Positions 26,591-37,436 of a stretch of DNA of 37,731 nucleotides are shown piece by piece. Each line of letters begins with the position of its first letter. Within the stretch, counting starts at the first letter, position 1. The DNA comes from Acidobacteriota bacterium (GTDB lineage Bacteria > Acidobacteriota > Blastocatellia > Pyrinomonadales > Pyrinomonadaceae). Below the pieces are notes generated by a model, which did no database searches, was not told where the DNA came from, and saw only the letters and a list, made by a program, of their open reading frames with translations. The translations under genes and the position numbers were made by a program. The stretch covers positions 1 through 37,731 of the forward strand of contig JAOTWT010000001.1 in the NCBI GenBank assembly GCA_029862725.1, read 5' to 3'.

Positions 26591-26617
26591 GGGAGTGAGG
26601 ACCGGGCCCTCACCCCC
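26591..26617 (-). other. Stable hairpin immediately 3' of the TonB receptor stop codon
   Basis: The minus-strand RNA reads GGGGGUGAGG-GCCCGGU-CCUCACUCCC, a 10-bp stem with one G-U pair. No U-tract follows. Confidence 0.4.
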
Positions 26618-26624
26618 TGCCAGA

Positions 26625-29600
26625 CTAGAAGTTAAACTTCAACGCAAACTGCATCAGCCGCGGATTCGTGATGGTACAGGTGGTCTGTCCAAAGCTGATA
26701 CTGAAGATATCCAGGTTCGGCGTACAGAAGTTGACGTGGTTAAAAGCGTTGAACACCTCCCAACGAAATTCCATATTTGATGATTCGGTGACCTTAAATC
26801 GCTTCGACAGATTAAAATCAAACGTGAAGCGCCGTGGACCGAAGATCGGTGTCTGCTCCAATTCACCCAACTCGCCCGGGTTCGGCAGGATAAACAACCC
26901 CTGGATCGAATTCGAATCTGCGCATGCCGCACCGGTCCTGCTCGACAGGCAGGGATCAAGCCAGAATGTCCCGCCCCCGATGTTTCTCCGGCCAACGAGA
27001 CGGCGAAGTTCACTGGCACTCATCTGCTGGGAAAGATTGACAGTGTTGTCGCCCGAAATAGCGGAGCGATGGAACGTGCCGATCCCGGATGTGATGGACA
27101 ACGGCCGGCCGCTTCGCCAGTTTACGATACCGCCAAATTGCCAACCTCCGATCACTTCATTCAAGAGACCGTTGGCTCCTGCGCCAAACCACTTACCCTT
27201 CCCAAATGGCAGTTCATAAACCCAGTTGGCTTTAAACAAGTGGCGTGGCATGAATTCGCCGGTCGTATAAAGAGGGTTCTGGACCGAACTGGGACGTGAA
27301 TCGTTCAGCAGTGCGTTATCATCCCCGTCGTAGTCCGAACGCGCCCGGCCGTAGGTGTAATTCGCCTGCATCGTGAAACCCTCTGAGAAACGCCGCCGAA
27401 GTTCGATCTCAAGCCCATGATAAGTGGATGAACCGTCGTTTGTGAGCCTGCGGGAGCTGGCCACAAATGGATTTGCAGAGAAGAAATTCAGAGGAAGCCG
27501 GCCTGCAAGCACCGCGCCCCAAAAACTACCCCCGTTAATACGGCTTTGACCGCTGGAAGGCCTGGATGTTCGGTCGATGAGCAGCTCGTCGAGGAATTCA
27601 CCAGGGGCGTTAAAATCAAGGGCATCAAGCAGACCCGAGGTAGTCGCCAAACGAGTTATATCTCCCGCAATAAGCACATCCATCAACGGGTTGGCGACGC
27701 TGCAACCGAAGGTTCTTTCGTCGAATCGATTGGAAACGCCATTAGCCCGGTTACAGGCGAGGTTCTGTTGCGCGAGGATAAACGACTGAAGGAACGTCAT
27801 TCCCGAGACAGAATCAAGCGCGTTTATGTTGTATTCGTTATAATCCGCAACCCTTCTGAGCTGGCGGCCGCGATTGCCCACATAACGAACTTCCACAGCC
27901 AGGTCTTTCATCACCTCGCGCTGAAAGCCCACAGTCCACTCTTGGTAATAAGGTGTTTGGAGGTCTCGGTCATAAGTACGAAAATCCTGCACAGTACTGT
28001 CGAGCAATGAACGCCTTACGGGGAGTTGGAAGGGCGGCGGGGCCGCGACCGGCGGATTCGCAGTGTTCAGGTTACGGAGGTAAAGCGTGTTGTTGATACA
28101 TGTACCGTCAGCCGGAATACAATCCTGATCCACCGTCAAACCTTCATTATCATCCACATTGCTGTCGATGATGGCGAAGTGGTCCTGCATATAGCTGATA
28201 CGAAATCCAGCTCGAACGGAAGTCTTTCCATTCTTAAATGGATCCCACGCAACGCCGATAACTGGCCCGAAGTTGTTAAAGTCGTTGTCCCAGAGCGGTA
28301 GACCGTTGTTCGCACCGCCAAGCACGTTCGGAACAGCGCATGTGTTGATCAGATTTCGCACATTGGAAGTGGTTGGATTCATTGGGAGTGTTCCCAGTAC
28401 AGGACACGCAGTTCCATCGAAAACACCCGGATTAAAGAAGCCGCCGGGTCCCGAAACACCAAAGACCGCACTTTCACCACCTTCGGGTATTAAGAGCAGG
28501 CCGCCGGTTTCGATCGGCACGGTGGCAAATTCCCATCTCAATCCAAGGTTTAACGATAGATTTGACCGGAGATTCCAGTTATCCTGGACAAAGGCGTCAA
28601 ACTCACGAACCCTGTATTTCCTACGTTCAGGAGCACCCGGCACAAACCCGGAATTGAGGTCTGTGATGTTGTAACGAATCTCCACTTCACTGATCGCTCC
28701 GACCAGGTTGTTCATCAAATCACGTACCGTTTCATAATCGGCTGATTCGATATCGGTTACCGCGCCGCCGGTCGAGAATGCCCGGAGGTCCCCCTCGCTC
28801 CAATCCGCGGGAAAATCGTTGTCGTCGAAATCAATATCGGGAAGTTGCTCAAAATAGGTATAGTTGTCGAGCCATCTGTGCCGAAACTCTCCGCCAAACT
28901 TGATCTGATGATTCCCGCGCACCCAACTAAAAGTGTCGCGCAGGTGCATGGTTACATTGTCGCGAACCGAGTCACCACCGCCCGGCTCGTAGGGGTCTGA
29001 GACCGTGTTGAGATCAAGCGTATAAGGAGTCCCAAATGGCTGTTTGCGCTGGAAGGCATTCTCTCCTCCAAGAAATCCAAAGCGAAACTCGTTGACGCTC
29101 GTCGCCGTGAAACTCGAAGTCAATCCCGCGCTGAAACCTTTTGAATAAGTAAGGCGCGCGCCTAATGGCCCCGTGTCCGGGAACTGCGGTTCGCGGTTAT
29201 TGATAAAATCCCCGTCGATCACTCGCTGGACATAGTTGATCGTACCGTAAAACGAGTGTTTATCGTTTATACGGTGGTCGATCCGGAACGAGGGCAGGTG
29301 CTGATTTGTCAGCGAAGAAGCGTTAAATCGAAAACCCCCTGTATTCAAACCGTCCCCAAGATCGAAATTGTTCGGAAGCGGGGTTGCTGCCAGCACGGTT
29401 CCCGAAATAAACGGATCCAGGGTAGCGGGGTTTGCCATGTTGAAGCGATTGTCAACACAGAATCTCCCGAGCGTTGCCTGGACGTTTGCGCTGCATTCGA
29501 GAATATTAACAGAGCGGATAAGGCCGGGGTTCGCCGCGACGTTCTCCGGTGTCGTCAAGAGGTTGTTCAAATACCGGAAGACCCCCTGCCTCGCTTGTGC

Positions 29601-30614
29601 GGTATACACAACGCGATTCACCGCGATTCCCCTGGACTCTCGCAGTTGCTCGTACCCAAAAAAGAAAAACGTCTTGTCCTTCCAAATCGGACCGCCGATC
29701 CGTCCGCCGAACTGGTTTCGGATGAGCTTTGGTCGTTCGACGCCGGCCGCGTTGTTGAAGAAATCATTGGCGTTAAAAACCGTGTTTCGATGGAACCAAA
29801 ATACTGAGCCGTGAAATTCGTTCGTGCCCGCGCGTGTAACCGCTGAGATCTGGGCCCCGCCGCGGCTGTACTCTGCAGACGAGATGCCGGTGATCACTTT
29901 GAACTCCTGAACATTTTCTGCAGAAAGTGCCAAAAGGGGCTGGTCGAGCATTATCGAGGAAGCGCGGTTCAGGTTGTCCTGGGTATCAATGCCATCCAAA
30001 CTGATATTGATCGAGCGGTGCCGTTGACCGTGAACAAAAAGTTTGTTGCCTTGGCCGTCGGGGCTTCGTTCGAAGTAAACCCCCGCCTGCAGGAATGCGA
30101 GATGCGAAGCGTTCCTGCCGTTGAGCGGAAGCTCCTGCACGCGTCTCTCATCAACAACCGTACTCAATTCTGCATCCGTGGTATTTACCAGCTCTTGTGC
30201 TTCCGAGGCATTAACCAGGACTTCCTCCTGGACACTACCGACCCGCATCGTGATCTTCAGGGTAGCGCTTTTGCCGACTTCCACAATGACGTCCTGCACG
30301 AGTGTCCTGCGAAAGTTTGTTGCTTCGGCCGCAACGGAATAACGGCCCAGGCGAACGTTCGGGATTACAAATGTGCCATTGCCTGTTGTCGTTGTGGTGT
30401 AGACGGTATTTGTTGCGAGATGTGTCGCTTTGACGGTTACGCCGGGAATCAACGCCTTTGATTCATCCATAACGCTCCCATCGATTCGTCCGGAAAGATC
30501 CTGAGCCACAAGTGATCCTGCTGTCAGGAGCAGAATCGCCACAAAACCGATCACGATCCCACTAATAGCTCGTTTGTGTGCTGAGTGATTATGTCGAAAT
30601 GCAATTAATTTCAT
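26625..30614 (-). CDS. TonB-dependent outer-membrane receptor with an N-terminal carboxypeptidase-regulatory-like domain
   Basis: 1329 aa with a signal/anchor. GRIDGSVMDESKALIPGVTVKATHLATNTVYTTTTTGNGTFVIPNVRLGRYSV is CarboxypepD_reg-like. The plug region reads RVQELPLNGRN, and a long beta-barrel ends in a C-terminal F (LKFNF). GGAGGAG lies upstream of the ATG. Confidence 0.9.
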   Translation of the reverse strand: MKLIAFRHNHSAHKRAISGIVIGFVAILLLTAGSLVAQDLSGRIDGSVMDESKALIPGVTVKATHLATNTVYTTTTTGNGTFVIPNVRLGRYSVAAEATNFRRTLVQDVIVEVGKSATLKITMRVGSVQEEVLVNASEAQELVNTTDAELSTVVDERRVQELPLNGRNASHLAFLQAGVYFERSPDGQGNKLFVHGQRHRSINISLDGIDTQDNLNRASSIMLDQPLLALSAENVQEFKVITGISSAEYSRGGAQISAVTRAGTNEFHGSVFWFHRNTVFNANDFFNNAAGVERPKLIRNQFGGRIGGPIWKDKTFFFFGYEQLRESRGIAVNRVVYTAQARQGVFRYLNNLLTTPENVAANPGLIRSVNILECSANVQATLGRFCVDNRFNMANPATLDPFISGTVLAATPLPNNFDLGDGLNTGGFRFNASSLTNQHLPSFRIDHRINDKHSFYGTINYVQRVIDGDFINNREPQFPDTGPLGARLTYSKGFSAGLTSSFTATSVNEFRFGFLGGENAFQRKQPFGTPYTLDLNTVSDPYEPGGGDSVRDNVTMHLRDTFSWVRGNHQIKFGGEFRHRWLDNYTYFEQLPDIDFDDNDFPADWSEGDLRAFSTGGAVTDIESADYETVRDLMNNLVGAISEVEIRYNITDLNSGFVPGAPERRKYRVREFDAFVQDNWNLRSNLSLNLGLRWEFATVPIETGGLLLIPEGGESAVFGVSGPGGFFNPGVFDGTACPVLGTLPMNPTTSNVRNLINTCAVPNVLGGANNGLPLWDNDFNNFGPVIGVAWDPFKNGKTSVRAGFRISYMQDHFAIIDSNVDDNEGLTVDQDCIPADGTCINNTLYLRNLNTANPPVAAPPPFQLPVRRSLLDSTVQDFRTYDRDLQTPYYQEWTVGFQREVMKDLAVEVRYVGNRGRQLRRVADYNEYNINALDSVSGMTFLQSFILAQQNLACNRANGVSNRFDERTFGCSVANPLMDVLIAGDITRLATTSGLLDALDFNAPGEFLDELLIDRTSRPSSGQSRINGGSFWGAVLAGRLPLNFFSANPFVASSRRLTNDGSSTYHGLEIELRRRFSEGFTMQANYTYGRARSDYDGDDNALLNDSRPSSVQNPLYTTGEFMPRHLFKANWVYELPFGKGKWFGAGANGLLNEVIGGWQFGGIVNWRSGRPLSITSGIGTFHRSAISGDNTVNLSQQMSASELRRLVGRRNIGGGTFWLDPCLSSRTGAACADSNSIQGLFILPNPGELGELEQTPIFGPRRFTFDFNLSKRFKVTESSNMEFRWEVFNAFNHVNFCTPNLDIFSISFGQTTCTITNPRLMQFALKFNF

Positions 30615-30884
30615 TGTTGATCTCCTCCTGAAACAGGCTAAAACATTCGTCGAATTCGTTACCGTCGAACCAAAGAATGTGTAGCAAAATTAGCGAACTC
30701 AGTCTCGCATTTATGAAGCACACCCATTGCTGGCGTTCTAAATCGAGAGAGTCTTGCTCGTTTTTTTCGAAGTTGAGCGAAGTATACAACGAAAAGAGCT
30801 CTTTTGAGAAGGTTTTGGTTGACGAAATGGGATCAACTTCTGAGTCGTTTTATTTTCGGGACTGCGCGGCGCATTTCAACATAT

Positions 30885-31068
30885 TGACCGAAGACAAACG
30901 ACGCTTTGCGTGCCCCCTCAGCCCCTCAAGCTCAACCCGATCGGCAAAGACAGGTTTTATAATTTCTGGAGCTATGCCGAGGTGACCTTTGCAAGGGACT
31001 CAACCGGCAGGGTAACCGGACTCCAATGGGTCGGTCCGGGAGGCAAGAGTGATTAGACCAGGCACTAA
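30885..31068 (+). pseudogene. Decayed 3' fragment of a serine-hydrolase paralog (copy of the 3' end of gene 18933..20210)
   Basis: By hand alignment, 30931..31068 matches 20073..20210 at 126 of 138 positions. Weaker similarity continues back to ~30885 (ILTEDKRRFA vs ILTEDERLFA), with a frameshift. The W codon is replaced by TAG at 31054..31056. No 5' part of the gene is present. Confidence 0.8.
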
Positions 31069-31547
31069 TTCGTGTATTACGGAGTGCATTTTTACCCTTC
31101 CCCTCGGCAGGCAGTTACAATTCGAAAGCCAATTCATCCGGACACACGCGTCTCCAACTTGGCTTCAGTCTAATCCTTGAACAAGTCCAATACCTGACAT
31201 AAGATGAAGTCAATATTGAAGACCGAGCTAACTCCTTCGCGAACGCGGTATACCGGCCGCGGCCCAAATATTGGCCGGGATCGGGGCCATTACGCGACGG
31301 CAGTTGTTTGACGACCCAGAGAAAAGGGCCGGGATTGGCCTCATCCGGCGCAATCCAACACCCTGGGTTAACGGCGTTCAAATAGGAACTGATTGGTAGA
31401 GGCCACCATCACTTGTTCCGCAGCGCCCGTTCTATCGCCGTTGATTTCGATTGCGCCCTGGGGATTACGAGTTGATTGATCGGAGGTGGCTTACTGTGGC
31501 GCATTTCCCGATTGTCTGGAGGGACATCGGGTCAGTTCGGCGACTAA

Positions 31548-33980
<2,433 letters not shown>

Positions 33981-34001
33981 ATCGAACATCGATATCGCAA
34001 T

Positions 34002-34040
34002 GGACCTGCTCAGGCGCATCTCCGAGCAGGTCCTTTACCT
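34002..34040 (+). terminator. Putative katG terminator
   Basis: There is a perfect 10-bp stem GGACCTGCTC / GAGCAGGTCC with a 12-nt loop, followed by TTTACCTT (a weak T-tract). It lies 21 nt after the katG stop. Confidence 0.5.
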
Positions 34041-34201
34041 TCACAGGCAGAAATTTGCGCCTACGGGTCCGGTCGGGTTAACGATTTGCTTACTGAAACA
34101 GAAAGCGTGGAACTTTTCTAACTTACTGATATATATAGTTTTATATTTTAATCTCGACAAGATTCAAATTATGAGATTGGCGAAAAATTAAAGAGCATTA
34201 T

Positions 34202-34269
34202 TGATGAAAAGGTCAACTCAATAAACCCGCAATCACTCAGAAACAGGCACATAAAGAATTGCCGTCCGG
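34202..34269 (+). repeat. 68-bp direct repeat, copy 1
   Basis: The sequence is TGATGAAAAGGTCAACTCAATAAACCCGCAATCACTCAGAAACAGGCACATAAAGAATTGCCGTCCGG. It matches 34379..34446 with 3 mismatches. Confidence 0.9.
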
Positions 34270-34270
34270 G

Positions 34271-34378
34271 CAAAGCAACGGATTTACGGCCGTCCAGACA
34301 TATACGGATGACGAGCTGAACCGTCTGAAGTCGGCGACGGAGACCGGCACAAGCGGCTGGACGCAGACCTTCCTCTAC
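34271..34378 (+). pseudogene. Isolated Rhs/YD-repeat coding fragment (36 codons)
   Basis: It translates to QSNGFTAVQTYTDDELNRLKSATETGTSGWTQTFLY. This has the YD-repeat pattern (xYxYDxxNRLxS ... W.Q.F.Y), lacks a start codon, and ends in TGATGA. Confidence 0.55.
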
Positions 34379-34446
34379 TGATGAAAAGGTCAACTCAATA
34401 AACCCGTAATCACTCAGAAACAGGCACAGAAAGAATGGCCGTCCGG
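34379..34446 (+). repeat. 68-bp direct repeat, copy 2
   Basis: See copy 1. The offset between copies is exactly 177 bp. Confidence 0.9.
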
Positions 34447-34843
34447 AGATCGGGCGGTTTTTGGTCTGAAGGGGATGTCAACGAAACTCAGGCCTTTGGG
34501 ACCTTCGGCTTTTCGATCAGCTGTTCGGCAACAGAAGAAAGCACCTTCTCCCAGTCAGCGTGGCGCGGCCGCGTCGGATCAAAGATCAGGTCCTCGCTTC
34601 GGAAGCCGGTTTCGGATTCCCGCCTCTGTTTGACGATCGCCTCGTAGATCCTTTCGGCCCTGAGAGCGGCTTCGCGGACGATCCTGCGTTTGACCTTTGT
34701 TCCCTCGAGGCCTGTTTCGTAGAGGACCGGTCGGCCTTCGGATCTTCGTGCGGCGCTTTTGATCCGGACGCCGACCTTCCGCCTTGCCAGCGTGGCTGTC
34801 GTCGCCGTTGCCCGAAAGCTCTCCGAGCTTGTCTTTCACCTTC

Positions 34844-35191
34844 TCACGAAAGAGGAGGAGTTCCTTTACACGATCCCGAAGAGGACGATCGACAAACGGT
34901 CAACCTGGGGTTGATCGGGTTCGACATGATCAGCCTCGCCTCGGAGTTGTCCCTCAGGATCCTCGCGATCGATGTGGAGTTCGTCGTTACCTCCAGCGCC
35001 AGCGTGTCGCCCTCCCTCAGCTCAGAAGCAAGCGCGAGGATGTTCTCCCTCGTCGTCTTGAATCTCTTCTGCGCTTTCTGCTCTCCCTTCGCGTCCAGGA
35101 CGGCCAGCTGAGACTCTCGTTTTGCCAGGTCGAGCCCGAACCATCTCCTGCCTTCGATCCCGGCGGCATCCTTCGGCAGAAATCTCTTCAT
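34844..35191 (-). pseudogene. IS110-family (DEDD) transposase/recombinase, N-terminal ~105 aa only; the remainder is frameshifted or deleted
   Basis: The ATG at 35191 follows AAGGAGG. RRWFGLDLAKRESQLAVLDAKGEQKAQKRFKTTRENILALASELREGDTLALEVTTNSTSIARILRDNSEARLIMSNP matches the IS110 N-terminal domain pattern (GiDlaK ... lE.T ... v.NP). After NPINPR the frame degenerates and stops. No Transposase_20-like C-terminal domain was found in any frame. Confidence 0.65.
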
Positions 35192-35344
35192 TTTCCACCT
35201 CCTTTTTAGGTGTAGAATCTTCTCGGGCGAATCCGGTCTTTGACAACCGAACCCTTTCCTTTCGGGGCTGACTTCGCCGGGCGGCGAGCGACAAATACTG
35301 ATTCGAGTTCCGGCTATCAACACAGCCTGACTCATAGGGGCGCG

Positions 35345-35517
35345 TGCGGCACAGGACTTTCACTTACGACGGCAGGCTCGTGGCCTATAGGTGTAGTCGA
35401 ACTGACCCGCAGCGACTCGCTGCCCGACAGTAGGGGCAAACGAGTTCGAGTCGCTGGCGCATCCCGGAGCCCCGGTAGCGGGAAGCGTAATCCTTTCCCG
35501 CGGGTCGGGCAAGCTCC
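35345..35517 (+). pseudogene. Rhs repeat region interrupted by stops and a frameshift, 5' of the orphan Rhs C-terminal ORF
   Basis: Frame 1 reads HRTFTYDGRLVAY and is then broken by three stops. Frame 2 reads ...GKLLGVKLEPRPTFSY and joins the downstream ORF (..TYDGENKQIKV) only through a frameshift near 35545. Confidence 0.6.
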
Positions 35518-36789
35518 TTGGCGTCAAACTCGAACCGCGCCCGACCTTTTCATACCACCTATGACGGCGAGAACAAACAAATCAAGGTCGAGGACTCGGG
35601 CGACAACATCATTGGCGAATACTTCTTCGACGGTCACGGAAAACGGGTAAAGAAGGTCGTTCCTTTGACCGGCGAAGCGACGATCTTTCACTATGACGCG
35701 GCCGGCAAGCTGATAGCCGAGTATTCGACAATCGTTGAGCCAATATCGACAGCGCAGGTTAGTTACCTTACAAACGATTATCTCGGCAGCCCTAGAATCA
35801 CGACCAACAAGGACGGAGATGTTTATTCAAAGCGTGACCTTCTGCCGTTTGGCGAGGAGTTGACTGCCGTGAGCACAACTCAAAGAGCCGGCTATGGAAC
35901 TGACACGGTCAGGCAAAAGTTTACCGGGTATGAAAGAGATAGTGAGACAGAACTCGATTTTGCTGTAGCAAGGATTCATAACTACAATCATGGCAGATTC
36001 AGCTCACCAGATGATTGGCTGAATGATACTGCCCCCGAAAGCCCAAAGTCATGGAATCTTTATACATATGTTCGAAACAATCCCCTGCGCTATATTGATC
36101 CCGTGGGCGAAAAGATTTACGTGTACACCACACGAGAAGTAGAATCTAAAGATGATGAAGGAAATATCGTAAAGAAAACGGAAACTGTCGTCCTTCGTTA
36201 TGCTGAAGGAAAATTGTGGAACGTGTATACAGATAATGCAAAAGTGGAATATGCGGGAGATGACAAGTACGCAAGGGCAGTTCAAAAAGACTTGAATGAA
36301 TTGAAAGAGAAGGGCAACGATGTAGTAAAAGATGTCATTTCAACACTTGAATCAAGTGATAACAGCCATAGAATTTCGATGCCGGGCGGGGGAGGTTCGG
36401 CAGATTCAGAGAGTAAGGAGCGCCGGGCCAAAGGCAAGCCAACCGGCAGCTACATTGGGTATAATCCTTGGGATACCGACATCGGTGAGTCTGATCGCCT
36501 GGAAACGGGACCTGCTGCGATTACCCTATTTCACGAATTGGGGCACGCTTGGATATTTGATCAAGGAGCTTACAGCGATGTTTCTGACGTTTTTTCACAG
36601 TTCAATGGGAGTAAGCTCATTGAGGGCACCGAAGTCCAAGCTGTTTGGTTTGAAAACCAGGCTTGGTCAATTTACGACGGAATAAAGCCGAGAAAAACTT
36701 ACGCTTTTGAGATCCCGGAAGCGAATTTTGCTGAAGCTCGTAAGGCTTACGAAAGGAGACGCAATGCAGCGAAGAATAAGTTACCTTAA
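35518..36789 (+). CDS. Orphan Rhs C-terminal module: YD repeats, Rhs core end, then a polymorphic toxin domain with a HExxH zinc-metallopeptidase motif
   Basis: 423 aa with a TTG start. YD repeats include TTYDGENK, YFFDGHGKRV and FHYDAAGKLIAEY. The core end reads GYERDSETELDFAVARIHNYNHGRFSSPD...NLYTYVRNNPLRYIDPVGE. A 225-aa C-terminal domain follows, with LFHELGHAW (36532..36546) and EGTEVQAVWFENQ, reminiscent of NleD/M91-type Tox-MPTase domains (tentative). Confidence 0.8.
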   Translation: MASNSNRARPFHTTYDGENKQIKVEDSGDNIIGEYFFDGHGKRVKKVVPLTGEATIFHYDAAGKLIAEYSTIVEPISTAQVSYLTNDYLGSPRITTNKDGDVYSKRDLLPFGEELTAVSTTQRAGYGTDTVRQKFTGYERDSETELDFAVARIHNYNHGRFSSPDDWLNDTAPESPKSWNLYTYVRNNPLRYIDPVGEKIYVYTTREVESKDDEGNIVKKTETVVLRYAEGKLWNVYTDNAKVEYAGDDKYARAVQKDLNELKEKGNDVVKDVISTLESSDNSHRISMPGGGGSADSESKERRAKGKPTGSYIGYNPWDTDIGESDRLETGPAAITLFHELGHAWIFDQGAYSDVSDVFSQFNGSKLIEGTEVQAVWFENQAWSIYDGIKPRKTYAFEIPEANFAEARKAYERRRNAAKNKLP

Positions 36790-37390
36790 TAGTACTGCGG
36801 CGATTTTGACGGTTATTTTTGCCATCGTGTCTTTGACAATGAATGTGGCTGCACAGGCGACTGTCAACGATGATTTGGACACCAACCAGGAAGGTTTTTT
36901 TGATCTGATTCTTCAAGACACGTTTGACGACGTTGTGTTGATTCCATTGGAAATTCGAATGCGGGATTCAAATATCAAATCTTTCGTAATCGCTAAAAGA
37001 GATCTTTTTCGATACCTAGAGAAATGCTTTGACGTACAGAATAATGACGAAAAGAAGTCATTTGTAAAGAAGGTCTTGAAGGGCAAGAAAGAATTTGTCC
37101 TTTGCGAAAAGGAGCACCTAAGCATTTACGATTTTAAAGAGGTAACCGAATCGGAAACTATAACATCCTTCGCAACGCCTGGTGTAGATAATTTGATTAC
37201 TGAATATTTTCACCCAAAGTCAGAGGCTCCCTATCGTTCCGTGCGAGTGAAAAAAATGGGTGGGCTAGATGACTTTTATTATCTTTCCAAATTGCTTTTT
37301 GCCCACAGGTATCCTACCGCAATTAGGCATAAGTCAGGTTTGCTCGTGTTGCTGTGCGTACCAAAAGAATTGAAGCCTGGTATCCCGTGA
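36764..37390 (+). CDS. Putative cognate immunity protein (exported)
   Basis: The start was moved to the ATG at 36764, 5 nt after AAAGGAG, and overlaps the toxin 3' end by 26 nt. The signal peptide is MQRRISYLNSTAAILTVIFAIVSLTMNVAAQA. No family is recognised. The region is A+T-rich like the toxin C-terminal domain. Confidence 0.55.
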   Translation: MQRRISYLNSTAAILTVIFAIVSLTMNVAAQATVNDDLDTNQEGFFDLILQDTFDDVVLIPLEIRMRDSNIKSFVIAKRDLFRYLEKCFDVQNNDEKKSFVKKVLKGKKEFVLCEKEHLSIYDFKEVTESETITSFATPGVDNLITEYFHPKSEAPYRSVRVKKMGGLDDFYYLSKLLFAHRYPTAIRHKSGLLVLLCVPKELKPGIP

Positions 37391-37436
37391 TCAGGTGATA
37401 CCCGATACTTTTTCGAATAGCACAAAGGGCAACGTT

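Noticed and set aside
24619-26613. The long 664-aa version of the MBL-fusion ORF (N-terminal MRARSSLPLTWRPARNAGV...).
   Set aside because: The extra 46 codons run through two strong hairpins and a terminator-like structure, and they have arginine-rich junk composition. The internal ATG at 26475 begins a clean signal peptide.
30677-30985. 102-aa plus-strand ORF upstream of katG.
   Set aside because: Its 3' half is the frameshifted remnant of the serine-hydrolase fragment. The 5' half has no RBS or homology that I can recognise.
31115-31381. 88-aa minus-strand ORF (TTG start) between the hydrolase fragment and katG.
   Set aside because: It has no recognisable family and no RBS, and its composition is proline/arginine-rich. 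It may be another gene remnant, but I cannot support a call.
34202-34446. CRISPR array, considering the 68-bp repeats here and the heptamer arrays at 5756..5968.
   Set aside because: There are only two copies of the 68-mer, which is far longer than CRISPR repeats, with a single 109-bp intervening Rhs fragment. The heptamers are contiguous with no spacers. No cas genes are present in the window.
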